From Tubulanus polymorphus (taxonomy: Eukaryota; Animalia; Nemertea): DNA of 64,000 nucleotides. The stretch is taken from positions 21,288,210 to 21,352,209 of the forward strand of contig NC_134030.1 in the NCBI RefSeq assembly GCF_964204645.1, given 5' to 3'. Shown here in pieces: positions 1-25,381 of this stretch (position 1 is its first letter; each line of letters opens with the position of its first letter). The notes under the pieces are model-generated. The model worked only from the letters and a program-made list of their open reading frames with translations. It was not told where the DNA came from and made no database searches. A program made the translations under genes and the position numbers.

Positions 1-3000
1 TAATCGGCTCCTGCGATCAGAAACAGATAAATCGACATCAGAAAATCGCAGGAGGCAATATTAATGATGAGGATATCAGAGGATGTGTTACGTGATTCAG
101 AGGATGAAATTCGAAATGCTCGAACGCGAAGTAAAATGACAATTATGTTCGCGACAAAGCTGAATGAAGCGATCACCCAAATGATTGCTCTAAGAACAGT
201 GTTACCCATCAGGTCGGAACAAGATGAAAATTGGTCGGCTTCCGGGAGACACTGGTCAACATTCGGAATCATGCAACAAAATTTGTACGCGTCAGAAGCC
301 AAAGAACTCAATAATGTAAGACTGTCAAGAATGGTTCTAACTACGGTTATGACTTTAGAATTTTTGGTAAGATCCAGATTTCTAAGTTTTGTTAACCCGG
401 CGAATGCGTTTGGTGAAATATAACTGATTCTGTTATTACTGATATCTAACGAATCTAAAGCTGATAAACCACTGAACACATTTCCACTGAGTAACGACAA
501 GGAAAGTCCGTGAAGATCGAGATCGCTTAGTGAATTTAAACCTTGAAAACTGCCTTCTTCTAAATAACTCACTGGATTCCCAAAAATCAAGAGCACCTTC
601 AAACTATACAAACCGGCGAATGTATTCGCAGACAATGATATTAAGCGGTTATATGTAAGATCTAATGTATGTAGATTATGTAGGTTTGAGAACGAGTTTG
701 GAACAATATAAGACAAATTGTTACGTGAAATATTAAGAAGGTGTAGATAGAGGTAAGAAGAAAACGTGGACTCATTGAATACAACTCGATTTTCTGATAA
801 AATCAGAACTCGAGTTGATGCCGAGAAAAGATCAGTAATTTCTACTAAACCAGCATCATCGCAATCAATAAAATGACCCTGACATTCACAATATTTTGGA
901 CACGTGACGTCACAGTAGGACTCGTCATCAGTGGTATGTTTACAATTAATAACACCATCACAAACTTCTGATTGAGGTATACATCGGTTTTCTTGGCCAC
1001 ATTTGAACATGCCGGAACATGCCAAAGTCTCGCAGTTTCGCTCGTCTTCTGAATTAGGACAATCTGATCGACCATCGCACACCTGTCCCATCGGTATACA
1101 GTAAGATGCTGGACATTTAACAGTACCAGCTGGACATATGAAATCAGTACAACCTTGTATATGTTCGAGCCTTCTACATACCGGGTAACCAATCGGCATC
1201 CTTTCTAAAATACATCTATGACGTCTAGAATAACAATGAGGAGAATCGAAAGAACATCTTTGTTCATCAGATTTCTTACATAAGTTTGTGAAGTTAGTCG
1301 TACAGTAGTTCTCATCATTACAGTGAGTCTTCGGTTCAACAGTTATATTGGTTACTATCTCATCTTCTTCGAGGCTACCACCACAATCTACAACACCATC
1401 CCGATACATCAGAGAACTGATACATTCACCATTTACACACAAAAACCCTTTACATTCATCTGAAGAGCAGCCGATCTCATCAGATTTATCTTTACAATCA
1501 ACCAGTCCATCACATCGTTTATATTTACCCACACATTGTCCATTGCTACACTTAAACTGTTCAGAGGAACAAGAAGTATGATAGCACGAGTTCTCATCTG
1601 ATCCGTCAGCGCAATCTCGTACAAAATCGCACAAATTACTAACTGATATAACTTCTCCATCGGTACAGTGGAACTGACTGTGTAAGTTTGAACCCGAACA
1701 ATTGAGTTCATCTTCACCGTGTTGACAGTCGTTTCTGTTATCACATACGCGATGGTCGCTGATACATCTTTGATCGTTACATTTAAACTGCCACGGTTTA
1801 CAACCGCTTATAGAAGCCAACTCTTCATCAGTTACATTGTAGGAACATAGCACGGAATGCGCTACATCTGTGACATTATCGAGGGCAGTCATTGACCATT
1901 TCACTGTTTTTATATATGTTATTTCATCTTTAGTTACAATTGGTTTTAAAGCCAGAATTCTGTTATTTGTTGCCTTTGCTAGTATAACACCATATTGATG
2001 TTCATAATTGAATGTTTGAATCAAATGTTCAATTTTTACATTATTGGATATTACACCCATTTCGCCACCGATTGCAAGACACATTTTCTCTGCTTCACGA
2101 ATTGACAATCTGTGAGTATCACAGGCTGTAAGTATTTGATAGCAATTTCCAACTATACCAATCCATCCTTTACGACACTTGGAGTTAAACCTGAACATCT
2201 GAAAATGATAAGTATCGTTTTCGTTTGAAATATCAAATTGATGATCGATTATTGAGTTATTCGTGTCTTTTTCACAAATGAAAGTCGTTCGAGTCTCCTC
2301 GATTTGACACGGGAATCGAACCCAGTTCGCTGATCCTCGTGGATTATTCAGTATCATCGCCGTACACGGCATATTGACGTCATTTATCGGTTGTTTTCGT
2401 AGAGGAAATATCAATCCTTGAATAACTTCTGGTATCGTTTCGTTTACCATAGCAGGTTTAAACCACTCTGCGTAGCTCAATGGTTTGCCATCAGTCCACG
2501 TGTAATAACCATCATTCTGTTCAGAAATAAAATCCAGATTCATCCATCAACTTCAAAAATGGTTTTAGCATTTTTTTCATTACGATCAACTTCAAGACAT
2601 GAGCGTTTAAACTCAGTTAATGAAAAAAAAAAATTTGTAAAGTACATCATCAAACTTTTCAAATTTGACCATTCAATTAAATTAAAATTCTTCAATTCCA
2701 ATCGATTCTTATTTTTAGCATTATATATGATATACAATTTAGTTTCATCCATCAACTTCAAAAATGGTTTTAGCATTTTTTTCATTACGATCAACTTCAA
2801 GACATGAGCGTTTAACCTCAGTTAATGAAAAAAAAAATTTGTAAAGTACATCATCAAACTTTTCAAATTTGACCATTCAATTAAATTAAAATTCTTCAAT
2901 TCCAATCGATTCTTATTTTTCGCATTATATATGATATACAATTTAGTTTCATTCATCCACAGCAAAAATGGTTTTCTATCTTAATCATTGAAACCGTGAT

Positions 3001-6000
3001 TAACATATAGAGCGTCTGGAATCAGTTCATCAAATTTTGATCATTTTGACTTTCATAAAAATATCTTTCAATGAATATCAGAGAATTTTTAGACATTTAG
3101 TGGAGAATGAATGAATGTCGTTGCGTATTCAAAAATTATAGTCAATAGATATTTAAGTGTTAAACGCGTTACCTGCCGTATCAATCCAATCATCACAATT
3201 AGCGCCACCTGTGAATATGCCTCCCGAAGCAGTTTCGTAGCGAAGAGTTTCTTTACTGCCATCATTTCATCTTGTGAGTTGATACTGAGAAGATGTCCTC
3301 CGTATTTCTGTTGACAGTACATTTCAGCTTTCTCCCAATTCAGACGTTCATGTTTGATGTATCTGACACACGAAACACCAGAATCTAGAAAATCTGATCC
3401 GCAGCCATTATTCAGATGTGTTTGTGAAGGCGATTGTTGTAAAGTGTATTGAATTTGAAATATTGGGATTTTGTTTTTCGCTTCAAAGTAAACGTCGTGC
3501 CCGAGTAGACTGTACAATACAAGTCCAGGTACAGCGTTATTTCCACATATTTTAGTCTCGTGCTGCTGGTTAACTTTACGGCTACCAAGGTTTAAGACCT
3601 GTACCAGTAATAGCAGTTCTTTTGTATCCGAAAGTTTAGAAGCACTACACGAGGCCTGTCCGATGAATTTGAACAGGAATCTGATGTAGTAGTTCTGGTT
3701 CTCTGCGTAGTAAAACGAGTAAAATATTGATTTACTTACACCGAGAAAATATCCCGGAAAGTTCGGTGATCTGACGACTCCGCATTCCTCTCGCATGGGC
3801 GGGATCAATGCAAAGCTATTTACACGAAGAATCGGGGAATCTTTATAGGCCTGCAATCCCAAACATACACGGCGTATAACAATCATCAATGGAGTCCTCC
3901 AGAACATATAACTCATTTTTAGTAATGTAAGATGATTTGATACGAGACTGTTATTAAGAGATCGAGTAGTAAGAGTTATGGTAGGACAAATAATTAAATC
4001 ACGAGAGCATGTGTCAATTTGATATTCATGTTCTGATAATATATAAATGTTTTCTAAAGGAAGGCGCCGATTTTCGGGTGTAATCACCAGGCAGTGTGAC
4101 GTCATATTGATCTGATTTTCTCCTTCCCGTAAAACATACCCGTCACAGTCAGTAGGAGAGAAATGTAGATTTAACGTAGGATCAACTGTTAACTTGTTAT
4201 CCCAGTTATAAGCGTACCCTACTACAGTAACCGGTCCTCCTGATGTAATCAGACTGACGACGTTACGACCGTACCACCGACCATCAGGACAATACGGACC
4301 ATAGCGTCTAGCTGTAAAATTACCACCATCATATATATAAAATCCAGCTCTCTCGCACGTCTCTGATAAAACTGTCAGTTCTAATCCATCCTCATAGATA
4401 TCAACTTTATGTTTAAGTTCTATTGTATTTATACGATACATTAATGTTGTCTTCTTTGTCGTCGGGAACAGAGAGCGAGGAGGTAAACTGTAACCGGAGC
4501 CATATATCTACAAAATAAAAATGATTCAACGTATCAGATGATCAGTTTAACTAGTAGCCAGGGACCGGCTACTCACAAGTTGGTTGATAGTGGATAGTTA
4601 GCATTGACATAGTGGCATTGTTGAAAGTTCATTGTTACTATCAATGGTATTTATCCGTCGGTTGTCTTTAACCGACTTTCGAGCAACTGATCATTATTAT
4701 GTCTACAAAATATAACAAATCAACTATAGGTTGAATGGTTGAAAATTTATAACAAATATATATTTCTACGTTTCATGTTACTTGCCAGAGCTGAAAGATC
4801 AAAGTCAACTAAGATTTTTTGAAGATTTTCAAATTTGTTCACACGCGAATTCAGTCCAAGAAACATTTACTAGAACTACATTGATGACGTCATGCGTAAT
4901 TTGAATAATCGATTTTCTGAAGTCAGCTCAGATTTTTGTTTTGAGCTGAAAGTTTTCAAAGTCAGAATGGATATATTTTCAGTAATATTTGAGTTTCTGG
5001 ACACATCCTAACGACAAACTGTTAAATTTGCTCTGTTCCACAGAATATTCTATAGTTATTTGTATATGGATGGACAAAGTAACAATATCGATACAGAATT
5101 AACAAATTAGCTATAGCGTTTTTTATATCGTATTTCGTCATACGGTTTATGATTTTATCGCATTACAATAGCGTCACAGGTTTGATTAAGATAAATTTCT
5201 TTATCAGGTAATGAATCCAAATTTGATTACTTAAAAAACGTATTCGCTATTACTATATACCCCTCGAAAGAGAAAATCATTCATTTAAAATTCAGATATT
5301 CATTTGTTTCTAAAAAAACGGAGATTTTCTAGATGAAGCCGAGTAGTTACTTTTACTCACCCAGGGTTTGCGGACTTGTACGTCTCCTATAGAAATAGAT
5401 TTCACTTCAAATTCATTTTTTACATTCGATTGTAAAACACCTGGTCTTATTAAAACGCACAGTATGACGAGAAAGCCGTCAGATTTAACACTCAGTGATT
5501 CCAGGTAGTTGTAACCGAGTAAAATATCAGTTCCCACGCGTAACCCTTCTAGTTTATATACACCGATGACGTCACCGGATGTGCTGAGATCACGTGTCCA
5601 GTTGAAGACGATGTACTGTAACACCTGCACCGTGATAGACCAGCAGTGTAAGCGTTTTGATCGAGTTATTACGTGTAAACTGTTGTCATCAGGAATGAGC
5701 ACTCCAGACTCGTTATTAGAGATTTGAATTAACGGATTAGAGACGTTCCAATCAGATATTCTATACACCTGAACTGATAGTTGTGAGTTGATGCGTTGGT
5801 TTTGTAGCAAACTGATAATGGCTTTGTTTGTTTTAGTATAAAACGATGAAGGTGGATGCCCGGTTTGTTCTGGTATAACAGCTATAGGTTCACTGGTGTT
5901 CCATCCGTCGTAAATTTGAACAGTTGTCGCTGAATCAGCCCCAGGAGATAATCTGAAATCGATCTGTATAAACGTCAAATTCATAGCAAAACCATCCGGG

Positions 6001-6548
6001 ATCCCGATCCATTCCAAATACAATTTACATCGTTTAAAAAAAATTACGAATTTGTATCCTGTTGAAGTTTGTAATTTGTTTATTTTGAAATCGTATTTTC
6101 CGCAGATTTGAATCAATTTCAATTTGTTCCGTTCATAGCGATATGTGATATAAACCCGACTACCCCGCGTACCATCGACGTTACTTCTAAACATCAACGA
6201 GATCGAATCGTTACGGCGGATTTCATGTTTTCCTTCACCGCAGAATCTGTTATCGGACTCACCGACGAGAAGGTAGTTATCACTACAGAATATCGACGGC
6301 TCGATGTCGTAGTATAGTTTGATGTTGAAAGTTCCCGGTAAAGAGCTGTTGACGAACCAACGACATTCAACACCGCGCGTAAACGACGGGTAATTCGGTG
6401 AAACGATGTAACCGGACGTAGAATCGACGGGGTACCAAGTGTTGTTACAAGACGAACTGACCGTCACAGCGTCAGACAGATCAGCGTGTGCGATGTTAAC
6501 TCGCCAGACGATCAGCGACGCTATAAACAGCGCTCTCAGTCGATCCAT
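1..6548 (-). CDS. GRL101-like / LGR-type GPCR paralogue A (signal peptide-CUB-CUB-like-C-type lectin-LDLa x~7-LRR-7TM); 3' end lies off the left edge
   Basis: Exons 6548-5361, 4507-3173, 2516-<1, with GT..AG introns all in phase 0. Starts MDRLRALFIASL; CUB motif SGYIVSPNYP..CRW..FCG; CTL motif LNWEKAEMYC..GGHLLSINS. Exon 3 is in the same frame at both ends (NDGYYTW... and TM2 YLFLIAGAD at the edge), and the ORF track shows no terminated ORF in that frame. Colinear with B and C. Confidence 0.92.
2539..2952 (+). repeat. 205-bp near-perfect tandem duplication in intron 2 of receptor A
   Basis: CATCCATCAACTTCAAAAATGG at 2541 and 2746. Confidence 0.92.
4560..4692. mobile_element. Degenerate MITE copy (family of 43138)
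   Basis: Shares AAAGTTCATTGTTACTA..GGTAT..CC..GGTT..CTT.AACC.ACTTT.GAGCAACTGA with 43200-43262. Confidence 0.65.
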
Positions 6549-7267
6549 ACCGAACAGCATCAACACGACAGAATGAATCGAATCTTTCAAATTGACGTTC
6601 AGATTACTTTACGTCGAATAGCCGGCGGAAACAGATTACAGTTCGTCCAATCAGAAAATTCGCTGAGAATTCTTTGAAATAGATATTTTTCGTTGCTGCT
6701 GCATTTATTTTGAAACCGATTCTAATTATGCGTGCTTAGTGTTCTTGCTGACAGATCGGTTCATAACAAATATACTATTTCTACATTTCACGTTACTAGC
6801 TAGAAGCGAAAGATCAAAGGCGTCAATTTGTTCAACTAAGATTTTTTGAAGATTTTCAAGTTTGTTCACACGCGAATTCATTCCAAGAAACATTTACTAG
6901 AACTACATTGATGACGTCATCCGTAATTTGAATAATCGATTTTCTGAAGTCAGCTCAGACTTTTGAGCTGAAGTTTTTCAAAGTCAAAATGGATATGTTT
7001 TCAGTAATATTTGAACTTCCAAACGACAAACTGTTAAATTTGGTCAGTTCCACAGAGCCCCGCGCTAATAAAGGACCTTGCGTTTTTAAAGTTGGGTCTG
7101 ATTCAAATAATGTGCGACAAAAGAAATAAGTTACAATGTTGGATAAAAAGAATCCTGGTCATTATCAGGGATTGTAATAGGGTTGGAATTCGACGCGAAA
7201 AATTTAGGCCGTTCAAATGTTTGTTCGAGTACAAGATTCTTTTTGCCGTGGAAAAAAATACTCGATA

Positions 7268-7898
7268 ATCTGTTCGTTATAACCGATAGTTCTATATACA
7301 GCGGAACCTCGTTACAACGAACTTCAGGAGACCAGAAAATCTGTTCGTTATAACCGATAGTTCTATATACAGCGGAACCTCGTTACAACGAACTTCAGGA
7401 GACCAGAAAAATCGTTATAACCGATAGTTCTATATACAGCGGAACCTCGTTACAACGAACTTCAGGAGACCAGAAAATCTGTTCGTTATAACCGATAGTT
7501 TTATAAACAGCTGAACCTCGTTACAACGAACTTCAGGAGACCAGAAAATCGTTATAACCGATAGTTCTATATACAGCGGAACCTCGTTACAACGAACTTC
7601 ACGGGACCAGAAAATCTGTTCGTTATAACCGATAGTTCTATATACAGCGGAACCTCGTTACAACGAACTTCAGGAGACCAGAAAATCTGTTCGTTATAAC
7701 CGATAGTTCTATATACAGCGGAACCTCGTTACAACGAACTTCAGGAGACCAGAAAATCTGTTCGTTATAACCGATAGTTCTATATACAGCGGAACCTCGT
7801 TACAACGAACTTCAGGGCACCAGAAAATCTGTTCGTTATAACCGATAGTTCTTTATACAGCGGAACTTCGTTACAACGATCTTCACGGGACCAGAAAT
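7268..7898 (+). repeat. ~71-bp tandem repeat (~9 copies) built from a Tc1/mariner-pogo/Tigger-like terminus
   Basis: Unit TA-CAGCGGAACCTCGTTACAACGAACTTCAGGAGACCAGAAAATCTGTTCGTTATAACCGATAGTTCTATA; TA+CAG(C/T)GGAACCTCG resembles pogo/Tigger TIRs. Confidence 0.85.
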
Positions 7899-8579
7899 CG
7901 TAAATCATCTTCAAGTGATGCTGCCACAAATCCAAAAGGCAGTTCTCATGGACCAGGACCGGTCGTAAATTTAACCCAAGGGTCCATTTGCCAATTGAGT
8001 TAACACAACGTTAAAACCATGCAATAAAACCAGCCTGGGGTTTTAGTCTCTCCAGTTCGGACCAACATTTTAGAGCCCAGTTTAAAGTCGGCTCCAAGTT
8101 TCTGTGTAACATGTCAGTTACTATTATGGGCGTTGGCTTTTGACTGTCAAAGTGAAAAATATCCAGAAACCTTCAAAACTAAGATATCAGATATATGCAG
8201 GTAGATATGTATTTTGAAACGAGGAATGATGATTCAGAGGAATATACGCATCGGAACGAGGAACTATCGAGCGGCGAAGTTGAACATATAATTTACAAGC
8301 CGAGCAAATGACAAAAAGTTGAAAAGTTCATAGATCTTCAATACACGCATTTCATATGTAAACTACTGGTTTTGAAACTTATGAGTACAAACCGTAACCT
8401 AGGTGACAGCGCGCAAGTTTCATTGTGGGATTCGTCCTTTATCAAAGGTGCAAAATATTATCGACATTTTCCGTTCGAAATACAATTTCGCTTCCGGATT
8501 CGCCATTGAAAATATTGATGTAAAAATCGGAAGCTTTTCAGGATTGTAGAAATTTGAATTTAAAGCGCACTTTAAACTA

Positions 8580-9280
8580 AAAATTAGATATTTTATCAGC
8601 ACACTTTCAAAAACTGATCGTCCACACTTCACATGTGTTCAGTGCTTCACCCGAGAAAGTTTTAATTGAAAATGAACTACAAACACCAGACATTAGACAT
8701 TTTATCAGCACACTTTCAAAAACTGATCGTCCACACTTCACATGTGTTCAGTACTTCACTTGAGACATTTCTAATTGAAAAAGATCTACAAACATCAGAC
8801 ATTAGACATTTTATCAGCACACTTTCAAAAACTGATCGTCCACACTTCACATGTGTTCAGTGCTTCACCTGAGACATTTCTAATTGAAAATGAGCTACAA
8901 ACACCAGATATTAGACATTTTATCAGCACACTTTCAAAAACTGATCGTCCACACTTCACATGTGTTCAGTGCTTCACCTGAGACATTTCTAATTGAAAAT
9001 GAGCTACAAACACCAGATATTAGACATTTTATCAGCACACTTTCAAAAACTGATCGTCCACACTTCACATGTGTTCAGTGCTTCACCTGAGACATTTCTA
9101 ATTGAAAATGAACTACAAACACCAGATATGAGACATTTTATCAGCACACTTTCAAAAACTGATCGTCCACACTTCACATGTGTTCAGTGCTTCACTTGAG
9201 ACATTTCTAATTGAAAATGAACTACAAACACCAAATATTAGACATTTATCAGCACACTTTTTAAAACTGATCGTCCACAC
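8580..9280 (+). repeat. 109-bp satellite, ~6 copies
   Basis: Unit ATTGAAAATGAACTACAAACACCAGATATTAGACATTTTATCAGCACACTTTCAAAAACTGATCGTCCACACTTCACATGTG...; ORF-track starts recur every 109 nt. Confidence 0.95.
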
Positions 9281-9434
9281 CACCAAAAAATAAGTTGTTA
9301 CCGGCATTTTATATATCTATTTTTCTTTTTCAAATATGCTGCAGCACCTTTATTGTTTGATAAAAATACATTGTTTGCCGAGATATATGCACGCTTGTGA
9401 AAACACGTGTTAAAAATATTCGATTTCGCTGCAA

Positions 9435-9740
9435 ACTAAACCCACACAACTGTGGAACTGGGTCCAGAGTCAAATTAAACCCGCACAACTGTGAAACTGA
9501 GTTGGGAGTCAAATTAAACCCACACAACTGTGGAACTGGATCGAGAGTCACATTAAAACCACAAAACTGTGGAACTGGATCCAGAGTCAAATTAAACCCA
9601 CCACAACCTTTGAACTGGGTTCAGGGTCAAATTCAACTCACACAACTGTGGAATTGGATTCAGAGTCAAATTCAACTCACACAACTGTGGAATTGGATTC
9701 AGAGTCAAATTCAACTCACACTACTGTGGAACTGGATGCA
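9435..9740 (+). repeat. ~39-bp minisatellite (~8 copies) derived from a MITE terminal inverted repeat
   Basis: Unit AAATTAAACCCACACAACTGTGGAACTGGGTCCAGAGTC contains the 3' TIR of the MITE at 13593/43026/48236. Confidence 0.85.
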
Positions 9741-10019
9741 GAACCAGAAATCAACCAAGAGTATGAGGTTTATATTTCTTTACTCAAATAAAGTTAAACC
9801 GACTGATGAACGATCCGAATGATGATTAGGCGAAGTGGTTTGTGGTTTGATATTTCTCGTCATAAAAACGTCGAATTCTTGTTGCCTGGAAATTTGCGAA
9901 ATACGTTTAAAAATGCCTTTTTAGACACATAAACAATGTATGATAAATAATCGTGATAAATGATGGTTTTGTTTGACCTGAAAATGGTAGATGATTGAGA
10001 CATCAGTAACATAAAACGT

Positions 10020-10950
10020 AACTACTACAAACATCAGACATTAGACATTTTATCAGCACACTTTCAAAAACTGATCGTCCACACTTAAAATGTGTCCAGT
10101 GCTTCACCTGAGACATTTTTAATTGAAAATGAACTACAAACACCAGATATTAGACATTTTATCAGCACACTTTCAAAAACTGATCGTCCACACTTCACAT
10201 GTGTTCAGTGCTTCACCTGAGACATTTTTAATTGAAAATGAACTACAAACACCAGATATTAGACATTTTATCAGCACACTTTCAAAAACTGATCGTCCAC
10301 ACTTCACATGTATTCAGTGCTTCACCTGAGACATTTTCAATTGAAAATGAACTACAAACACCAGACATTAGACATCTTATCTGCACACTTTCAAAAACTG
10401 ATCGTCCACACTTCACATGTGTTCAGTGCTTCACTTGAGACATTTTTAATTGAAAATGAACTACAAACACCAGATATTAGACATTTTATCAGAACACTTT
10501 CAAAAACTGATCGTCCACACTTCACATGTGTTCAGTACTTCACTTGAGACATTTTTAATTGAAAATGAACTACAAACACGAGACATTAGACATTTTATCA
10601 GCACCCTTTCAAAAACTGATCGTCCACACTTCACATGTGTTCAGTGCTTCACCTGAGACATGTTTAATTGAAAATGAACTACAAACACCAGATATTAGAC
10701 ATTTTATCAGCACACTTTCAAAAACTGATCGTCCACACTTCACATGTGTTCAGTGCTTCACCTGAGACATTTTTAATCGAGAATGAACTACAAACACCAG
10801 ATATTAGACATTTTATCAGCACACTTTCAAAAACTGATCGTCCACACTTCACATGTGTTCAGTGCTTCACCTGAGACATTTTTAATTGAAAATGAACTAC
10901 AAACACCAGACATTAGACGTTTTATCAGCACACTTTCAAAAACTGATCGC
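10020..10950 (+). repeat. 109-bp satellite, ~8.5 copies
   Basis: Same unit, period 109. Confidence 0.95.
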
Positions 10951-11757
10951 CGAAATGCATGACATTATTGAAAATGAATTATATTTCCTATCAATGAGGC
11001 AAAATCTAATGAGTATTGAGTAACGAAATTTCAAAAATCACTATTTTTTCTAACGTTTAACGATGGAGTGTAAATATATATTTGTTTATTTTCGTCAATT
11101 CTATATTTCATTTTCGCGCGTTTGAGATGTTTATAGCAAAAATCCGGGATTGGTTTTCTAACTTCCGCTCGGGTTTATTGCATTGGAGAACGAAAATACC
11201 TAAAAGACGTTATCGGCTTAATTCGAATACATCATCATCTTCGGCGGTTTATGTTCTTTCCGAGAAAAACTGCCGAACTCTACTTATAAAAAACCCCCTA
11301 TCTGGTCTGTACCAGACACTGGGTTTGTTTATCATCATACGGCGCCATATATGGGCCGTCGTAACGCACTCGCGCGCCGGTCCAAAGTCCAACCTCGCCT
11401 CTCTCGGTCTACAACGATGACGATGAAAGTAATTCGGTCGTACATCATTCAAGTCGGCACACAAGTCACAACACAACTATTTCGAAGCGTAGGAAAAATG
11501 ACAAACAAAACTATTTATCATTTACCGAAAGTGGGTTTCATTATCACTTTTTTTCGTTGATGTTCCCTGTCCATAATTAGCGCGTCATTAAGTGTTATAT
11601 AGCGGGTGATTATATTCGATCATCTAGTGAGTGCCAGGTTTAGATCGTGTCTGGAGGTCGAGGCGTGCGGACGATTTGTTTGGCTCGTGCGGCGGTTCGG
11701 GACGTATTCAAGATTTGTTACTCAAAAGGACCGATATTTCTTAAATTAGCGAACAAT

Positions 11758-23356
<11,599 letters not shown>

Positions 23357-24397
23357 AAAAAAACTATCGTTTTGAAGAATTTAAGATTTGTTTCATTCTA
23401 AGTGTTATATTTCGGAGTATATTTGATGAGGGACCGCTACTGTGGCAAGTGACGATCGCTAGTAGTGCCACTCAGTTAGCGCGCTTCAATTTCTTCTCAA
23501 CGTTTTATTTAGAATCGAATCAACTTTTCTGATTTTCGGTATCAATTTTCAGTGAAACCTATTCCGTAAAACTGAGTGAGAAAGACAATCCATTCGAGAC
23601 TTATTTCATGATATTTCAAATTTCAACGAATACGAATAGGGAATATTTATAACTCCAACCATCTCCGTGATATATGGAGTATTAACAAAAACAGAAATTA
23701 AAGCATTTTGAAACGCAACTAGACGTTATTTACAACAACTTGTGTGTATAACTGCGCCCTCTAGTGCGTGTTAGCGGAACCTCATTTATTTCGTTTTGAA
23801 TTGTGAAATATATGTGTGTGTGTAATTGTAATTGTAATGTGAAATTACCGGGGTCGGTATCAGATTGTTAGTTAAACAGTCTTGGATATTGGCTACATTT
23901 CTACACGATTGCGAAACCACCCCCGTCGCTAAAATGTTAATGGGAGCAAATAATTTTTGCCGAATAAGATGTTTATATGAAATATAAGATTTAAAACTCG
24001 TGTATACGAAAACATATAATAGTATTGAACCATACTCACTTAACTTTTGTACTTTCCCAATCTTTTAAATGATATTATTTAATAAAAAATGTCTGTAAAT
24101 GTCGAGATATTTGTCTTAAGTGTATTGTATCGCCCTAGTGGTACGTGAATAAAACAACCCCCTCTGATTAGTAAGAAACGATCCTATTGGATGACGCATC
24201 CAACTGCACACACACTTGATCATCATGGATTTTACAGACGCCATTCTACGCATTAGAAAGATGAGATCAAGACAGTCGAAACTAATGATCGAAACACCCA
24301 ACACGCTATCTGACCAGAAAGTTTCAACTGTTGCCGAGGTACAGATTTTGCGAACATATCTAGTGGTTCGAACCCCGTTGGGCCGGAACGCCTGTTT

Positions 24398-24780
24398 ACA
24401 CGGGCGCCAAATGGCCCGGGCCAAACAGGCAAAATCGGCCCTACCAAAAACGTTTGACCAGGGTCCAGTTTCACAAAGAAGTTTAACTCAAATCTTTTGT
24501 GTAATTGCAATTCGTTACTTCATGTTTTCAATGAGGACAACAATTCAAACTTACCCGTTTTAGGCTTAAACTTTTTCGTGAAACTGGGCCCAGGCCCGAG
24601 CCAAATCATAGCACGGGCAAATGATCGCTTTTTAATTACAACTGGTACCGGAAATGACCCACTTCGCTTTTAGTTTCGAGTGAATGGTTTGCGAGTGAGC
24701 GCGCTCTCTAATTAGGCACGGGCCAAATTTGGCTCGGGCCTGATCCGTGCCGCTTTGGCCCGGGCAAAATCGTCTCCGTG
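24398..24780. mobile_element. Nested MITEs: outer CACGG..GGCCCGGGCCAAA element interrupted by an inner GGTCCAGTTTCAC element (~24461-24590)
   Basis: Outer ends CACGGGCGCCAAATGGCCCGGGCCAAA / TTTGGCCCGGGCAAAATCGTCTCCGTG; inner TIR GGGTCCAGTTTCACAAAGAAGTTTAA / TTAAACTTTTTCGTGAAACTGGGCCC, flanked by CAG on both sides. Confidence 0.65.
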
Positions 24781-25381
24781 TGATCGCGGCTGTACATACA
24801 ACACAAAACCTCTTACTCGGATAAGAGAGTACATCCATGGAAAACATCAAGTTCAGATTTTCGAGGACTCTAGGGAATTCATTAAACGGTACTCGGAATC
24901 AACTAACCATCCGCCCCGGATACGGGGTCCTGTAGTACCAGCAGCAATCGTCATACTATTGAAATTCCTTGTAAACAAATTTCAAGTGTATTTACACTCA
25001 CGCTGATCTGATCCGACAGAAATAGGTGACTACACGTACCTCACCCACTCTTTCGCATCTTTACAAAAATACACGCGACTTGTTGTTACTCGAGCAGGAA
25101 GCTGATGATTTTTTCACCGACGCACATTTTTTTCGCCCAGACGTCTAAAACTTTCGATAAATTCTGCTGTTCGGCATTTTGTCAGCGTATCGCGCAGCGA
25201 ACGACCAGCGCGTCGCAGGATCCACTTCCATAGTTCCTCCAAAAGTTCGTTTTAGAGTTTAGAAAAATAATCTTAACTCGAAGTCGACTTAAACTCTCAC
25301 AACTGCGGGACTGGATCCAAATTCCTGGATTAGGCAACTTTAGGATTATCACCAAACACGTGGATCAGTCGAACAATCGTG

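Noticed and set aside
64-2807. Short ORFs over the left end, suggesting receptor A is a pseudogene
   Set aside because: They are antisense or off-frame shadows or intronic. The true frame (2516 downward) is in register at both ends and is missing from the track only because it has no stop in the window.
8666-10874. Series of 68-aa ORFs (MKMNYKHQ...), also at 41778-42214 and 51161-51963
   Set aside because: Artefacts of translating the 109-bp satellite; they start at TTG, shift frame each unit and show no protein features.
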